A stretch of DNA of 64,000 nucleotides from Thecamonas trahens ATCC 50062 (taxonomy: Eukaryota; Protista; Apusomonadida), in NCBI RefSeq assembly GCF_000142905.1, contig NW_013657653.1, positions 352,392 to 416,391 of the forward strand, given 5' to 3'. The notes beneath the pieces are model-generated. The model did no database searches. It was not told where the DNA came from and saw only the letters and a program-made list of their open reading frames with translations. Both the position numbers and the translations under genes were made by a program. Shown in pieces: positions 62,845-64,000 of the stretch (within the stretch, counting starts at the first letter, position 1; every line of letters begins with the position of its first letter).

Positions 62845-63810
62845 ATGTCCACGTCGACCATGGTGAGTCTACTCGAGGTGTTTGCCACCGGAGTGGCCCT
62901 GGCAGAGCCTGCGGCGGAGATTATCAAGAGCACTCGCGAGTCGGGCGAGCTGGAGACGGTCAACAAGGCGAGCGACGGCGGGTTCGATCCTGCGACGGCC
63001 GCCGATGCTGCGGTACAGGCCTTGGTGGAGGGATCGGTGGGTGCGCGCTGGCCGGATCTGGTGGTTATCGGCGAGGAGGATGTTGTGCCGGTTGCTGCTG
63101 ATGCTGCGGTGATGGTCGACAATGCTCGCGAGATGCTCACCGAGATGCTGCGCACCGGTGGGGAGGACGTGGCGGCGTGGTACAGGGTGCTCGACACGCA
63201 GGTAGCTCTCGACCGGGTCAAGGTTGTTGTGGATCCCCTGGACGGCACGCTAGCCTACACGCAGGGCAAGCTTCATGCGGTTCTGTTTCTGTTTGGCCTT
63301 GTGGTCGACGGCGAGCCGCTTGCGGCGGTGATCAAGCAGCCATGGCCGGAGACGTCCGGAGTGTCGGGCCTCACGCTCGCGGTTGTCGGCGCCGGCGTGA
63401 TGGGCCTTCCGCCGCCACCACCAACCCTCTTTCCCCACCCGCTGCCTGACGCTGCGCTTCGAGTCGTGGTCTCGGCCACCGATCGTGAGTTCCACAACAA
63501 GCTGGCCGCGAGCGTGGCCGCCGCCGGCGCCCATGTCACTCGCGCCCCGGGCTGCGGCTACAAAATGCTGCTGGTTGCCTGCGGCGCGGTCGACGCCTAC
63601 TATCACCCCAAGGACTCATCGAGCATTTGGGACACGGCTGCACCCCAGGCGGTCCTCCACGCACTCGGCGGCGTCGTCACCGCCGCGCTCACCGGTGCCG
63701 CCCTCGACTACTCTGGCGCTGATCTCGGCAACCACGACGGGGTCACCGCCATCGGCCCTGGCCCGAACGCCCCTGCTGTCGCAGCCCTTCTGGACACGAT
63801 TACCTTGTGA
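62845..63810 (+). CDS. Inositol monophosphatase-superfamily phosphatase (BPNT1/INPP1-like)
   Basis: DPATAAD, GEED, DPLDGT, GCGYK and WDTAAPQAVLHALGG. Confidence 0.88.
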   Translation: MSTSTMVSLLEVFATGVALAEPAAEIIKSTRESGELETVNKASDGGFDPATAADAAVQALVEGSVGARWPDLVVIGEEDVVPVAADAAVMVDNAREMLTEMLRTGGEDVAAWYRVLDTQVALDRVKVVVDPLDGTLAYTQGKLHAVLFLFGLVVDGEPLAAVIKQPWPETSGVSGLTLAVVGAGVMGLPPPPPTLFPHPLPDAALRVVVSATDREFHNKLAASVAAAGAHVTRAPGCGYKMLLVACGAVDAYYHPKDSSSIWDTAAPQAVLHALGGVVTAALTGAALDYSGADLGNHDGVTAIGPGPNAPAVAALLDTITL

Positions 63811-64000
63811 AAACACCATGTAGCGACCTCGTTTGACAAACATGCAGCCGCCTTACAGCCGAGCCGGCACACAGTCGCCGCACAACCGCCGCACAGCCGC
63901 CGCATGTGGCACGCGACAAGCATACCTGACAATAAGCGCGACGACTTGTCGCCCCCCCCCCCCCCCTCACTCCCCCTTCACCACCACCGCACTCAGTATG

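Overview
GC-rich, gene-dense, intron-poor eukaryotic (protist) genomic DNA with three assembly gaps (about 11289-12056, 13755-14195 and 32020-32449). Gene content and style suggest an apusomonad such as Thecamonas; this is an inference. About 34 protein-coding genes are present: a DUF3694 protein (5'-truncated), OMA1-like M48 protease, LZIC, Cwc21/SRRM2, RUN+FYVE (RUFY), ThiF/MoeB E1-like enzyme, rabenosyn-5/Pep7, a 4-TM protein, NAGK, a ~1620-aa kinase-ANK-PH-pseudokinase-ARM protein, a divergent CK2-alpha, a BIVM/papain-like protein, a TMEM185-RING ligase, an esterase, HCCS, a large UBC fusion, a gustatory-receptor-like (7TMIC) protein, DENND6, a triple-WWE protein, taxilin, a GRIPAP1-like coiled coil, a prokaryote-type SQR-like flavoprotein, a PSI-TM-EF-hand protein, a 2OG-Fe(II) oxygenase, SLC35, CMC4, SLC45, a START-like protein, a DH-PH protein, RRP45, class III ADH and an IMPase/BPNT1-family enzyme. 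Introns lie near the start of genes and mostly begin GTACG(C/T). Convergent genes nearly touch at their stop codons. Seven one-base-short homopolymer frameshifts and a 671-bp duplication look like pyrosequencing/assembly errors. No rRNA, tRNA, CRISPR or transposon was recognised. The strongest novelty candidates are the gustatory-receptor-like channel, the tandem kinase/pseudokinase, the rewired CK2-like kinase, the UBC fusion and the prokaryote-type SQR. All family calls come from motif recognition by eye, without database searches.
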